Positions 27,993 through 38,061 of a stretch of DNA of 64,000 nucleotides are shown piece after piece. Within the stretch, counting starts at the first letter, position 1; each line of letters begins with the position of its first letter. Origin of the DNA: an uncultured Candidatus Binatia bacterium. Its GTDB lineage: Bacteria; Desulfobacterota; Binatia; UBA9968; JAJDTQ01. The stretch spans positions 448,001-512,000 of the forward strand of contig OZ243916.1 of the NCBI GenBank assembly GCA_965213675.1, written 5' to 3'. Made by a program: the position numbers and the translations under genes. The notes below the pieces were generated by a model. That model ran no database searches. It was not told the DNA's origin and saw nothing but the letters and a program-made list of their open reading frames with translations.

Positions 27993-30683
27993 ATGCGAAG
28001 ATCCATCGGTTTGATCGCGCTGGGCGCGTTTATCCTGTTCTCACTGGTCGGCGAGGCCATCTACCTCTACACGGACTATCTGTGGTTCGGTGAGATCGGC
28101 TACTACGGAGTATTCGTCAAGACGTTGTGGATCAAGGTGTTGCTGGGGGTGGTCTCCGGGGTACTGTTCTTCGCCCTCTTCTACGGCAACATCAAGCTGG
28201 CGGCGCGCCGGCGCGAAGGGGTGTTGCCGCTTCAGACCAGCAATCCCGAGGTGCCGGGTTTCGAGGAGCTGGATCCGTTGATTCGCCGGCTGTTGCTGCC
28301 GGTGGCGCTGGTGCTGGGTTTCCTGGCGGCGCCCCAGGCGGCCATGCACTGGGAGTCGGTGCTGCTCTACTTCAACGGGGTTCCGTTCGGCATGCAGGAC
28401 CCGCTCCTGGACAAGGATATCGGCTTCTACCTGTTCGAGCTTCCGGCCATGGACGCGGTCTACCGCTGGTTCCTGGTGGCCTTGGGCGTGATCCTGGTGG
28501 CCACGGCCTTCGTCTATCTCCTCTACGGTGGCGTCCAGTACTCCGAGAACGGGCTCACCGTACACCCCGCCGCCAAAATGCATCTGTCGGTGCTGCTGGC
28601 CCTGGTGCTGCTGGTTCAGTGCGGTGGCTATCTGCTCGACGTCTACAAGCTGCTCAATTCGCACAACGGGGTGGTGTTCGGCGCGGGCTACACCGACATT
28701 CACGCACGCTTGCCGGCGTTGCGCGTGCTCGCGGTGGCGGCGGCGCTGGTGTCGGCGCTGTGCCTGGTGCAGATGCGCCGGCCCGGGCTGCGGCTCCTGT
28801 TCATGGGCCTCGGCGCCCTGGCGGTGGTCCACGCCGTGGGGATGTACGCCTATCCGTCCTTCCTGCAGCAGTTCCACGTCGTCCCCAATGAATTGGTGGC
28901 GGAGACCCCTTATATCGAGCGCAACATCCGCTCCAGCCGGCATGGCTACGGCCTCGACCGGGTCGAGGCCCAGGAGTTCCCGGTGAACGAAGTGCTCACG
29001 GTGGACGACCTGCAGCAGAACGACGCCACCGTCAAGAACATCCGTCTGTGGAACTACCAGCCGCTCTTGTCCACCTATGCGCAGTTGCAGCAGATCCGCA
29101 CCTACTACGAGTTCGTGGACGTGGACAACGACCGCTACAAGATCGACGGCGAGTACCGTCAGGTGATGCTGTCGGCGCGGGAGCTGTCCCACGAGCAGCT
29201 TCCGAGCCGCATCTGGATCAACGAGCACCTGGTGTACACCCACGGCTACGGCGTCGTGTTCAGCCCGGTGAACCAGATCAGCAAGGAGGGGCTGCCCGAG
29301 TTCTTCGTCAAGGACATCCCGCCAGTGTCCAACGGCTTCATCAAGGTGACGCGGCCGGGGATCTATTTCGGCGAGGTGGCCAACGACTACGTGTTCGTGA
29401 ATACGCGGGCGCGCGAGCTGGACTACCCGGCAGGCGACAAGAACGTCTACACTACCTACGAGGGCGGCGGCGGGGTGCCGTTGAGCTCTTTCTGGCGCAA
29501 GCTCCTGTTCTCCGCGCGCTTTGCGACCCTGCGCATCTCACTGTCCAACGACCTCACACCGGAGAGTCGGATACTGTACCATCGCCGCATCCAGGACCGG
29601 GTGCGGAAGCTGGCGCCGTTCCTGGAGTTCGACGAGGATCCCTACCTGGTGGTGACGCCGGAGGGGCGGCTCTTCTGGATCATCGACGGCTACACCACCT
29701 CCGACCGCTACCCCTACTCCGAGCCCACGGAAGGAATCGGCAATTACATTCGCAATTCGGTGAAGACGGTGGTGGACGCCTACAACGGCTCGGTGGACTT
29801 CTACATTGCCGACGCCGGCGACCCTGTGGTGCAGGCCTACGCCAGCGGGTTCCCCGGACTGTTCAAGCCGCTGGAGGCCATGCCCGACGCGCTGCGCGCC
29901 CACGTGCGCTATCCGCAGGACCTGTTCAAGGTGCAGGCCCGGATGTACGCCACCTATCACATGCAGGATCCGCAGGTCTTCTACAACAAGGAGGATCTGC
30001 TGAGCATCCCGAGTCGCACGGTGGACGAGGAAGACCAGCCGATAGAGCCGTACTACACCATCATGCGCCTGCCGGGGGAGGAGAACGAGGAGTTCGTGCT
30101 GCTGCTGCCCTTCACACCCAACAACCGCGACAACATGCGCGCGTGGCTGGCGGCGCGCAGCGACGGCACCCACTACGGCAAGCTCCTGGCCCTCAACTTC
30201 CCCAAGGCCCGGTTGGTCTACGGCCCCAAGCAGGTCGACGCCCGCATCGACCAGGACGCCTTCATCTCCCAGCAGTTGAGTCTGTGGGGCCAGCGCGGCT
30301 CGGAGGTCATTCGCGGCAGCCTGCTGGCCATCCCCATCCAGGATTCGCTGCTGTACGTGCAGTCGCTGTACCTGGCGGCGGAACAGGGCTCGCTGCCCGA
30401 GTTGAAGCGGGTGGTCGCGGTGTTCGGCAACCGCATCGCCATGCGCGAGAATCTCGAGGATGCATTGCGCGAGCTGTTCGGTTCCACGGTCACGGCGGAC
30501 GGGGCGACGCCCGCGCCGGAGGTCACGCCCGCGGTGGCGACCGGGGAGGACGGCGACCCCTCGGTGCGCGCGCTGGAGCAATACCAGCGCTCGATGGAGC
30601 GCCTGCGCGCCGGCGATTGGGCCGGCTTCGGGGATGCGTTGCGTCAGCTCGAGCAGTCGCTCCAGGCGATGCAGAAGCCTTGA
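27993..30683 (+). CDS. UPF0182 family membrane protein
   Basis: TDYLWF, DIGFYLF, NIRLW, QIRTYYEF, HLVYTHGYG, NYIRNSVK. Confidence 0.93.
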   Translation: MRRSIGLIALGAFILFSLVGEAIYLYTDYLWFGEIGYYGVFVKTLWIKVLLGVVSGVLFFALFYGNIKLAARRREGVLPLQTSNPEVPGFEELDPLIRRLLLPVALVLGFLAAPQAAMHWESVLLYFNGVPFGMQDPLLDKDIGFYLFELPAMDAVYRWFLVALGVILVATAFVYLLYGGVQYSENGLTVHPAAKMHLSVLLALVLLVQCGGYLLDVYKLLNSHNGVVFGAGYTDIHARLPALRVLAVAAALVSALCLVQMRRPGLRLLFMGLGALAVVHAVGMYAYPSFLQQFHVVPNELVAETPYIERNIRSSRHGYGLDRVEAQEFPVNEVLTVDDLQQNDATVKNIRLWNYQPLLSTYAQLQQIRTYYEFVDVDNDRYKIDGEYRQVMLSARELSHEQLPSRIWINEHLVYTHGYGVVFSPVNQISKEGLPEFFVKDIPPVSNGFIKVTRPGIYFGEVANDYVFVNTRARELDYPAGDKNVYTTYEGGGGVPLSSFWRKLLFSARFATLRISLSNDLTPESRILYHRRIQDRVRKLAPFLEFDEDPYLVVTPEGRLFWIIDGYTTSDRYPYSEPTEGIGNYIRNSVKTVVDAYNGSVDFYIADAGDPVVQAYASGFPGLFKPLEAMPDALRAHVRYPQDLFKVQARMYATYHMQDPQVFYNKEDLLSIPSRTVDEEDQPIEPYYTIMRLPGEENEEFVLLLPFTPNNRDNMRAWLAARSDGTHYGKLLALNFPKARLVYGPKQVDARIDQDAFISQQLSLWGQRGSEVIRGSLLAIPIQDSLLYVQSLYLAAEQGSLPELKRVVAVFGNRIAMRENLEDALRELFGSTVTADGATPAPEVTPAVATGEDGDPSVRALEQYQRSMERLRAGDWAGFGDALRQLEQSLQAMQKP

Positions 30684-30729
30684 CCGAGGGCCACGCGACT
30701 CAGCGGCGGGCGGCCATACGAGAGGGCTT

Positions 30730-31566
30730 ATGAGAAGCATGACCGGCTTTGGCCAAGCCATTTTGCAGGACCGGCGCGTCAAGGTCTCCGTACAGATTCG
30801 CAGCGTCAACCATCGCCACGCGGACATACACCTGCGCGTGCCCAAACTCTACCTGAGCCTGGAGGACGCGCTGCGGGAGCAGGCGCGTACGAAGATTCAC
30901 CGGGGGCGCGTGGACATCTACGTGGACCGGACCCCCCTCAAGGGGCGCGGTTACCGGGTGGAGGTGGACGACGCCCTCATGGAGCAGTATTGCGCAGCGC
31001 TCCGGCGCATCAAGGAACGCTTTCAACTCCAGGGTGACATCGATCTCCAATTGGTGCCGCGCCTGCCCGATCTCTTCCAGTTCAAGGAACCGGAGGAGAT
31101 CGACGCGAGCGAGCGCCGGCTCACTCTGCGCGCGCTGGACGCGGCCGTGAAGGCGCTCACGCGGTCGCGGGACCGGGAGGGGCGCAACCTCAAGCGCGAC
31201 ATGATCGCGGAGGCGCGCCGGCTCACTCAAACGGCCCGGCAGCTCGGCAAGAGCGCGGCGTCCATCGACCAGCGTCTCCAGGAGCAGAACGCCGCGGCCA
31301 ATCCCGTCGGCGAGGCCGGCAGCAGCGCGTTCAAGGGCAGCATCAACGAGGAGGTGGTACGGCTCCGCAGCCACGTGGAGATGCTGGCTGGCCTGATGCG
31401 CGAGCGCGAGCCGGTGGGCAAGAAGATCGATTTTCTGCTTCAAGAAGTGCAGCGCGAGTTGACCACCATCGGCGCCAAGGCGCCGCAACTCGAAGTGGTG
31501 CGGCTGGTCCTGGGGGGGAAGGAAGGCGTGGAGAAGATCCGCGAGCAGGTGCAGAACGTGGAATGA
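30730..31566 (+). CDS. yicC: YicC/YloC-family endoribonuclease
   Basis: MRSMTGFG, RSVNHR, EEVVRLRSH, GKKIDFLLQE, EKIREQVQNVE. Confidence 0.93.
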   Translation: MRSMTGFGQAILQDRRVKVSVQIRSVNHRHADIHLRVPKLYLSLEDALREQARTKIHRGRVDIYVDRTPLKGRGYRVEVDDALMEQYCAALRRIKERFQLQGDIDLQLVPRLPDLFQFKEPEEIDASERRLTLRALDAAVKALTRSRDREGRNLKRDMIAEARRLTQTARQLGKSAASIDQRLQEQNAAANPVGEAGSSAFKGSINEEVVRLRSHVEMLAGLMREREPVGKKIDFLLQEVQRELTTIGAKAPQLEVVRLVLGGKEGVEKIREQVQNVE

Positions 31567-32189
31567 CGCTCTCGATTCGCAGCTTCACCAAACGCCGTCC
31601 GGGCATCGTCTTCATCGTGTCGGCGCCGTCGGGAGCGGGCAAGACGACGCTGACCCGCAAGGTCCTGAACCGCCACCCCGAGATGAGCCTGTCGGTGTCG
31701 TGCACCACCCGCAAGCCGCGTCCGGGCGAGGTTCGGGGCAGGGACTATCATTTCGTGTCGGAGCGGGATTTCAGGCGCAGGCTTGAGGCCGGCGACTTCG
31801 CCGAGTGGGCGGAGGTGCATGGATGCCTCTACGGCACGCCGCGGCGCGCGCTGGAACGGCAGCTCCACAAGGGACAGGACGTGCTGCTGGACATCGACGT
31901 GCAGGGGGCGCGGCAGATCAAGCAACACTTTCGCAGCGCCGTGGCGGTATTCGTCCTGCCGCCGTCGCTGAAGGAGTTGCGCCGGCGGCTGGCGGCGCGG
32001 GGCACGGACGAACGCAAGACCATCGCGCAACGCTGGCGGCGGGCGCAGGACGAGATTCAGGAAATCGAGGGGTACGATTATTTCATCGTGAACCGCGATG
32101 TCGGCGACGCGGTGACGCAGCTGGCCGCCATCATTGCGGCTGAAAGGGTCAAGGTTTGCAGGTTCATCCAGAGTCGGAAGCCCGGGTAA
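31563..32189 (+). CDS. gmk: guanylate kinase
   Basis: SAPSGAGKTT P-loop, TTRKPRPGE, YGT, LDIDVQG; ATGA overlap with yicC. Confidence 0.96.
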   Translation: MTLSIRSFTKRRPGIVFIVSAPSGAGKTTLTRKVLNRHPEMSLSVSCTTRKPRPGEVRGRDYHFVSERDFRRRLEAGDFAEWAEVHGCLYGTPRRALERQLHKGQDVLLDIDVQGARQIKQHFRSAVAVFVLPPSLKELRRRLAARGTDERKTIAQRWRRAQDEIQEIEGYDYFIVNRDVGDAVTQLAAIIAAERVKVCRFIQSRKPG

Positions 32190-34366
32190 GGCCGCGTCGC
32201 CGCGCGCGTGGCGCGGCCGGCCAGGGTGTCGCCAACGAGCTGATCGAAAAGGTCCTGCAGTACCAGCCCGCGCTGGACGTGGAACCGCTGCGTCAAGCGT
32301 GCCGGTTCACGGCACAGGTGCACGAGGGTCAGAAGCGCCTGTCCGGGGAACCCTACGTGAACCATCCGCTGGCGGTGGCGGGCATTCTGGCGGACCTGAA
32401 GCTGGATCTTCCCAGCATCATCGGCGGCATGTTGCACGACACCGTCGAGGACACCTTGGCAACCCTGCCGCAGATCGAAGAGCAGTTCGGCGCGGAGATC
32501 GCGGTGTTGGTGGACGGTGTCACCAAGCTCAGTCAGGTCAACTTCAACAGTCAGGAGGAGAAACAGGCCGAGAACTTCCGCAAGATGATCCTGGCCATGG
32601 CCAAGGACATCCGGGTGGTGCTCATCAAGCTGGCCGACCGGACCCACAACATGCGCACGTTGCAGTACCTGCCCACGGAGAAGCAGCGGCGCATCGCCCA
32701 GGAAACGCTGGACATCTATGCCCCCATCGCGCACCGGTTGGGGATTTACTGGATCAAGAGCGAACTGGAGGATCTGGCGCTCAAGTACCTGCGGCCGGAG
32801 ATCTACGCCGAGTTGAAGCACAACGTGGCGCAGAAGCGAAAGAACCGGGAGAAATACACCAACGACGTCATATCGCGCATGAGCAAAGCCTTGGCGGAAG
32901 AGGGCATCGACGGCGAGGTGAGTGGACGGCCCAAGCACTTTTTCAGCATCTTTCGCAAGATGGAGAACCAGAGCCTGGACTTCAGCCAGGTCTACGACCT
33001 CGTGGCTTTCCGGGTGCTGGTGGACACCCAGATCGAGTGCTACGAGGCCCTGGGTGTCGTCCACTCCAAGTGGCGGCCGGTGCCGGGCCGGTTCAAGGAC
33101 TACATCGCGCTTCCCAAGGCCAACATGTACCAGTCGTTGCATACTACGGTCATCGGCCCCGACGCGCACCGCATCGAGATTCAGATCCGCACCCACGACA
33201 TGCACCGCGTGGCCGAGGAGGGCATCGCCTCGCACTGGCGTTACAAGAAGGGCCAGGACCTGCAGGTGACCGACATCCAGCGGTTCACGTGGCTGCGGCA
33301 GCTCCTCGAATGGCAGCAGAACCTTTCCGACCCCCAGGAGTTCCTGCACAGCATCAAGGAGGATCTGTTCCCCGACGAAGTCTATGTCTTCACGCCCGGG
33401 GGCGACCTGCACAGCTTTCCCAAGGGCGCCACGATCATCGATTTCGCCTACCGCATCCATTCCGACATCGGACAACAGTGCTCCGGCGCGCGGGTCAACG
33501 GGCGCCTCGTTCCCTTCAAATACCTCCTGCGGAGCGGCGACACGGTGGAGATCATCACCACCCAGGAACAGACCCCGAGCCGGGACTGGCTGAAGGTGGC
33601 CAAGACGCCTCGCGCCAAGTCCCGGATTCGCGCCTGGATGGCCGCGCAGCAGCGCGCGCGCAGCGTGGCCCTGGGACGCGAGATCCTCGAGGGAGACCTT
33701 GGGCGCCACGGACTGCATTACCAGGTCCTCCAAGAGCAGGGGACCGTGGATACGCTGGCGCGCGAGCTTGGAGTCCGGAACGAAGAGGGCCTGTTGGCCG
33801 GCATCGGCTATGGCAAGGTGATGTCGCGCCAGGTGTTGGCCAAGCTGCTCCCGCCGGAACAGATCCAGAAGGACAACGAACAGATCGAGGGCGGTCTGGA
33901 ACGCCTTTTCCGGCTGGTGGGCTCACGGGACCGCGGTGTGCGCGTCAAGGGCATCGACGATGTGCTGGTGCGGTTTGCGCGCTGCTGCCATCCGCTGCCG
34001 GGCGAGGACATCGCCGGCATCATCACGCGCGGGCGCGGGGTGACGGTTCACGTGGGCGGCTGCCCGACGGCGCTTGAGGGCGACCGGGACCGGAAGGTGG
34101 AAGTGAGTTGGGCGGACGATGTGCGGATGCCACGGGCGGTGAAGATCGAGGTAACCTGCGCCGACAAGCCCGGCCTTCTCGCGGCCATCAGCGCGGCCAT
34201 CTCGGAGGCGGGGGTCAATATCACGCGCGCTCACATACGTACGTTCGACGACAGGGCCGTGAACACGTTCGAGATCATGATCGGAAGCTTCGATCAGTTG
34301 GGGCGGGTGCTGCAGGATATCTCGCAGGTGAAGGGCGTATACCGGGCCAACCGGGTTCAGGTATAG
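32156..34366 (+). CDS. spoT: bifunctional (p)ppGpp synthetase/hydrolase (RelA/SpoT); start uncertain
   Basis: SGEPY..HP, LHDTVED (HD), FKDYI, YQSLHT, EIQIRT; TGS, ZFD (RFARCCHP) and ACT domains. Confidence 0.95.
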   Translation: MQVHPESEARVRPRRRARGAAGQGVANELIEKVLQYQPALDVEPLRQACRFTAQVHEGQKRLSGEPYVNHPLAVAGILADLKLDLPSIIGGMLHDTVEDTLATLPQIEEQFGAEIAVLVDGVTKLSQVNFNSQEEKQAENFRKMILAMAKDIRVVLIKLADRTHNMRTLQYLPTEKQRRIAQETLDIYAPIAHRLGIYWIKSELEDLALKYLRPEIYAELKHNVAQKRKNREKYTNDVISRMSKALAEEGIDGEVSGRPKHFFSIFRKMENQSLDFSQVYDLVAFRVLVDTQIECYEALGVVHSKWRPVPGRFKDYIALPKANMYQSLHTTVIGPDAHRIEIQIRTHDMHRVAEEGIASHWRYKKGQDLQVTDIQRFTWLRQLLEWQQNLSDPQEFLHSIKEDLFPDEVYVFTPGGDLHSFPKGATIIDFAYRIHSDIGQQCSGARVNGRLVPFKYLLRSGDTVEIITTQEQTPSRDWLKVAKTPRAKSRIRAWMAAQQRARSVALGREILEGDLGRHGLHYQVLQEQGTVDTLARELGVRNEEGLLAGIGYGKVMSRQVLAKLLPPEQIQKDNEQIEGGLERLFRLVGSRDRGVRVKGIDDVLVRFARCCHPLPGEDIAGIITRGRGVTVHVGGCPTALEGDRDRKVEVSWADDVRMPRAVKIEVTCADKPGLLAAISAAISEAGVNITRAHIRTFDDRAVNTFEIMIGSFDQLGRVLQDISQVKGVYRANRVQV

Positions 34367-34458
34367 TGTCCGGGTCGCACCGACCGCTTCCCGCGCCTGG
34401 AGTCGGTGGGGTTCATTGAAGCGTGGCTAGAGGCAGTCTCCCGGGTTCGGATCGGCCG

Positions 34459-34650
34459 TCAGGCGACCTTTTCGACCTTGCCGGATCGCAGACACCGGGT
34501 GCACACGCGAATGCGCTTCACCGCGCCGTCCAACCGTGCGCGAACCGGCTGCAGATTGGGGAGCCAGCGGCGCCGGGTCTTGTTGTTGGCATGGCTGACG
34601 TTGTTGCCGACGGAGGGTCCCTTGCCGCAAATGGTGCATCTTCTGGCCAT
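34459..34650 (-). CDS. rpmB: 50S ribosomal protein L28 (Cys-containing form)
   Basis: [10 protein letters not shown]...[20 protein letters not shown]...VCTRCLRSG. Confidence 0.97.
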   Translation of the reverse strand: MARRCTICGKGPSVGNNVSHANNKTRRRWLPNLQPVRARLDGAVKRIRVCTRCLRSGKVEKVA

Positions 34651-35087
34651 GGTTACTGTTCCCGTATCCTTTCGATCAGTTTCGCCGAGGAGCAACGCTG
34701 CAGGCGCGTCACGATGACGACATGGCCGCCGTTGGCCTCCGCCGCCATCCTCCTCAGGAGATCTCCTCATGAGATCCGCCTGGCGCCGGTCGCCGCCCTT
34801 GACAAGCACATCCGGTTACACGGGACGAATGGTACCACAGAGTTCCGGATTTGCGAAGCCCGTGACGTTGCCGGCCATCTACCGGGGCGCCCTCATCCCC
34901 ACGCGGTGGTTCTGCGTGTCCGGTCGTGATTCTGGCGGATGCGTTCAAATGGAGCGCATTCACATGCAACCATGACGCGAGGTTCGAGTCGATACGGAAT
35001 AGCACGTCGCCCCGAAGCGTTGCACGTTGTGTTTTATTTTCGACCATGTTAAGCGATATAAAAAACGAGAGACATGGGAGGAGCCAA

Positions 35088-35468
35088 ATGGCGTTGGATT
35101 TACGGGACAGCGTTCGAAAACAGATCGACCTTTTCAAGAAGGAACTGGCGGCGGCCAACGAACGCGTCGACAATCTGAAGGATGAGATCAAGCGGTATGA
35201 GGTCATTCACGAGATGCTCGCCGGTGACGACAAGCCGGCGCCGCGTCGAGGTCGTCCTCGCGGGCCGCAGAAGCGCGGTCCCAGCGGCTCCATGATCGAC
35301 TGGAACGCCATTTTCGAAACCCTGCCCAACGAATTCAACCTCGATACCATTGGCGCCAACGAGACCGCTCAGGAGAAGCCGCGCGCCTACCTCAGGCAGG
35401 TGGTGGTGCGCTGGTCCAAGGAAGGCCGCATCAGCCGCGTCGGACGAGGCCAGTACCGCAAGGCGTGA
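35088..35468 (+). CDS. hypothetical DNA-binding protein (coiled coil + AT-hook + winged helix)
   Basis: GGAGGAG RBS; heptad-rich N-terminus, PRRGRPR, C-terminal YLRQVVVRWSKEGRISRVGRGQY. Confidence 0.75.
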   Translation: MALDLRDSVRKQIDLFKKELAAANERVDNLKDEIKRYEVIHEMLAGDDKPAPRRGRPRGPQKRGPSGSMIDWNAIFETLPNEFNLDTIGANETAQEKPRAYLRQVVVRWSKEGRISRVGRGQYRKA

Positions 35469-35631
35469 ACCTCTCCATGGATGCGCGTCATGCGCACGCT
35501 GGCCCCCGGGTCAAGCGCGTGCGTGCACGCGCGGAGCGGTCAAGACTCTTGACCGGCCCGCTTGCCCCGCTGGACGCGTTCGGGCGTGCGACCATAACCC
35601 GCGTAATCAACCGTCAGAAATTGGAGGTCCC

Positions 35632-37074
35632 ATGCAGTTCAATGATTGTCGTGAGTGGATCGAGAAAGCGGATGCCATGGGCGAACTCAAGACCCTCAAG
35701 GGGTGCAACTGGGATCTTGAGATCGGCGCCATCACCGAAATGGTCATGCGCAGGGAAGACGGCCCGGCCGTTTTGTTCGACGAGATCAAGGACTATCCCG
35801 CGGGCTACCGGGTCCTGTCCAACACCCTGACCTCGCGCAAGCGTATCGGGCTCACACTGAATCTGCCGCCCGGCGACAGCAAGATGGAGTTCGTCAATAC
35901 CTGGCGGAATCACTACAAGAACATCAAGCCGGTTCCCGCCAGGGTGCTCAAGGACAGTCCGTTGTTCGAGAACGTCTTCGAGGAAGGCAACATCGACCTG
36001 TTTAAGTTCCCCACGCCCCGCTGGCACGAACGCGACGGTGGCCGCTACATCGGCACCGGCAGCATCGACATCACCTCCGACCGTGACGAGGGCTGGACCA
36101 ACTGGGGTACGTACCGGGTGATGGTGCACGACTCGGACACGGTGGGATTCTACATTTCGCCGGGCAAGCACGGGCGTATTCACCGGGACAAGTATCAACA
36201 GACCGGCGAGTCCTTCAAGATGGCCATGTCCTTCGGCCATGATCCGCTGGTGTTCCTGGGCGGCAGCATCGAGGTCCCCTACGGAGTGCCCGAGTACGAT
36301 TTCCTGGGCGGCATTCGGGGCGAGCCCCTGGATGTGGTGAAGGCGCCGTACTCCGGCCTGATGGTTCCGGCCAACGCGGAGATCGTGGTGGAAGGCGACG
36401 TGCTCTTCAACGAGGATCGCGTGGAAGGTCCCTTCGGCGAGTGGACCGGCTACTACGCCAGCGCCGAGCGCAACGAGCCCATCGTCAAGATCAAGCGGCT
36501 TTACCATCGCAACAACCCCATCATTCTGGGATCGCCTCCGGGACGGCCGCCGGCCGAACTGGGGTGGTACCGGTCGTACCTGCGCTCCGCCCTGATCTGG
36601 GACGAGATGGAGAAGGCGGGCGTGCCGGACGTGAAGGGCGTGTGGCTGATGGTGGCGGGCGGAAGCCGCCTGGTGATGGTGGTTTCCATCAAACAGCGCT
36701 ATCCGGGGCACGCGCGCCAGGCCGCGGTGGTGGCGTCGCAGTGCCATGCGGGCGCCTATCTCGGCCGTTATGTCATCGTGGTGGACGACGATATCGATCC
36801 GTCCAACACCGACGACGTTATCTGGGCCATGGCCACGCGCTCGGATCCCGACGCGGACATCGACATCATCCGGCGCTGTTGGAGCGGTCCGCTGGACCCG
36901 ATCGTGCATCCCACCAAGAAGGGTTTCAACTCGCGCGCCATCATCGACGCGTGCCGTCCCTACGAATGGATGGATCAGTTTCCTCCGGTGGCGGAATCGC
37001 CCCGGGAAGTGCTGGATGCCACCGAGAAGAAGTGGGGCAAGATTCTGTTCAGCACCAACGGCACAGGCGCATAG
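35632..37074 (+). CDS. UbiD-family decarboxylase
   Basis: LEIGAI, DGGRYIGTG, NWGTYR, EGPFGEWTGYY, VVDDDID...WAMATR. Confidence 0.93.
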   Translation: MQFNDCREWIEKADAMGELKTLKGCNWDLEIGAITEMVMRREDGPAVLFDEIKDYPAGYRVLSNTLTSRKRIGLTLNLPPGDSKMEFVNTWRNHYKNIKPVPARVLKDSPLFENVFEEGNIDLFKFPTPRWHERDGGRYIGTGSIDITSDRDEGWTNWGTYRVMVHDSDTVGFYISPGKHGRIHRDKYQQTGESFKMAMSFGHDPLVFLGGSIEVPYGVPEYDFLGGIRGEPLDVVKAPYSGLMVPANAEIVVEGDVLFNEDRVEGPFGEWTGYYASAERNEPIVKIKRLYHRNNPIILGSPPGRPPAELGWYRSYLRSALIWDEMEKAGVPDVKGVWLMVAGGSRLVMVVSIKQRYPGHARQAAVVASQCHAGAYLGRYVIVVDDDIDPSNTDDVIWAMATRSDPDADIDIIRRCWSGPLDPIVHPTKKGFNSRAIIDACRPYEWMDQFPPVAESPREVLDATEKKWGKILFSTNGTGA

Positions 37075-37096
37075 CCTGAGTTCGCGTTTTCCGGTT

Positions 37097-37888
37097 TCAT
37101 CGAGACGGCGGGCTTGTCACCAGCGTGACGAGCTTGCCGTCTCTTTGTATGTTGAAGACGTGGAACTGCCGGTTGGGGGAGGCGTGGAGTATTTCCAGGA
37201 GTTCGCGGCCGTTTCGGACGGGCTCGCCGTCCACTTGGGTGACCACGTCTCCACGCCGGAGCCCGAGCCGATGGGCGGCGCTGTCCCTTTCGACGTGAGC
37301 CACCAGGGCGCCGGTATCCACCGTCGCGCCAAACAACCGCGCCAGATCCGTGGTGAGGTCCTGCACCTGCATGCCCATGGCGCGTGAGACCGCGTCCCGT
37401 GGCTTCGATTCCGATCCGTCCAGTTCGACGCCCTGCCGCAGCACCTCGGGCGTGGCATAGACGGGCGCGTCCGTTCGCAAGGCCACGGCAATGGCGTCGC
37501 TGGGACGAGCGTCAATGCGAACGCGCCTGTCGTTCGTGGTCAGGGTGAGGACCGCGAAATAGGTGCTTTCCCGCAACTCCGTGATGGTCACGCGTTCCAA
37601 CGTGGCGTTGAGGCTCGTCAACACGTTCTGGATCAGGTCATGGGTACGGGGCCTGGACGGTTTTTCCTGTTTCAGCGCGCGGGCAATGGCGGCGGCTTCG
37701 GCGTTGCCGACCCAGATGGGGAGCAGCCGTCCACCGCCGGCCAGCAGCACCACCGGCGTTCCGTGTGCGGGGTCCACCACCACCTGCCGAACTTCCATGC
37801 GGACGGGTTGCGCGTGTGCGCTCCCATTCTGAAATGAGAGTCCCAGGAGCGTCCCGAACAGCAGGGCGCGCACGGTGCGCGCCAACAC
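37097..37888 (-). CDS. DUF151 bifunctional-nuclease domain fused to a PDZ domain (start uncertain)
   Basis: LPIWVGNAEAAAI, RPRTHDL, IDARPSDAIAVALR, then MGMQVQDLT...GALVAHV...GLRRGDVVTQVDG. Confidence 0.85.
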   Translation of the reverse strand: MLARTVRALLFGTLLGLSFQNGSAHAQPVRMEVRQVVVDPAHGTPVVLLAGGGRLLPIWVGNAEAAAIARALKQEKPSRPRTHDLIQNVLTSLNATLERVTITELRESTYFAVLTLTTNDRRVRIDARPSDAIAVALRTDAPVYATPEVLRQGVELDGSESKPRDAVSRAMGMQVQDLTTDLARLFGATVDTGALVAHVERDSAAHRLGLRRGDVVTQVDGEPVRNGRELLEILHASPNRQFHVFNIQRDGKLVTLVTSPPSR

Positions 37889-38061
37889 CCTCCTCAACCG
37901 CTGTGCCCGGAATCCGCACCGCACGGCTGGCCAATCGCCCTCCATGCCGCGGAGCTTGGTCATCGGCGTTGCCCGGTGTCCACAACGTGGCCGAAGGGCA
38001 GGAAACGCCCGCGGCAACCGGTTCGCCTGAATTGGGTTCAAGGACGGGGTGGACGTGTCGA

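Noticed and set aside
34653-34748. 31-codon uORF in the rpmB leader
   Set aside because: The RBS-like GAGGAGG abuts the ATG with no spacing and the peptide has no recognisable features.
34975-35000. GGTTCGAGTC, resembling a tRNA T-loop
   Set aside because: The flanks do not form a T-stem and no cloverleaf can be built.
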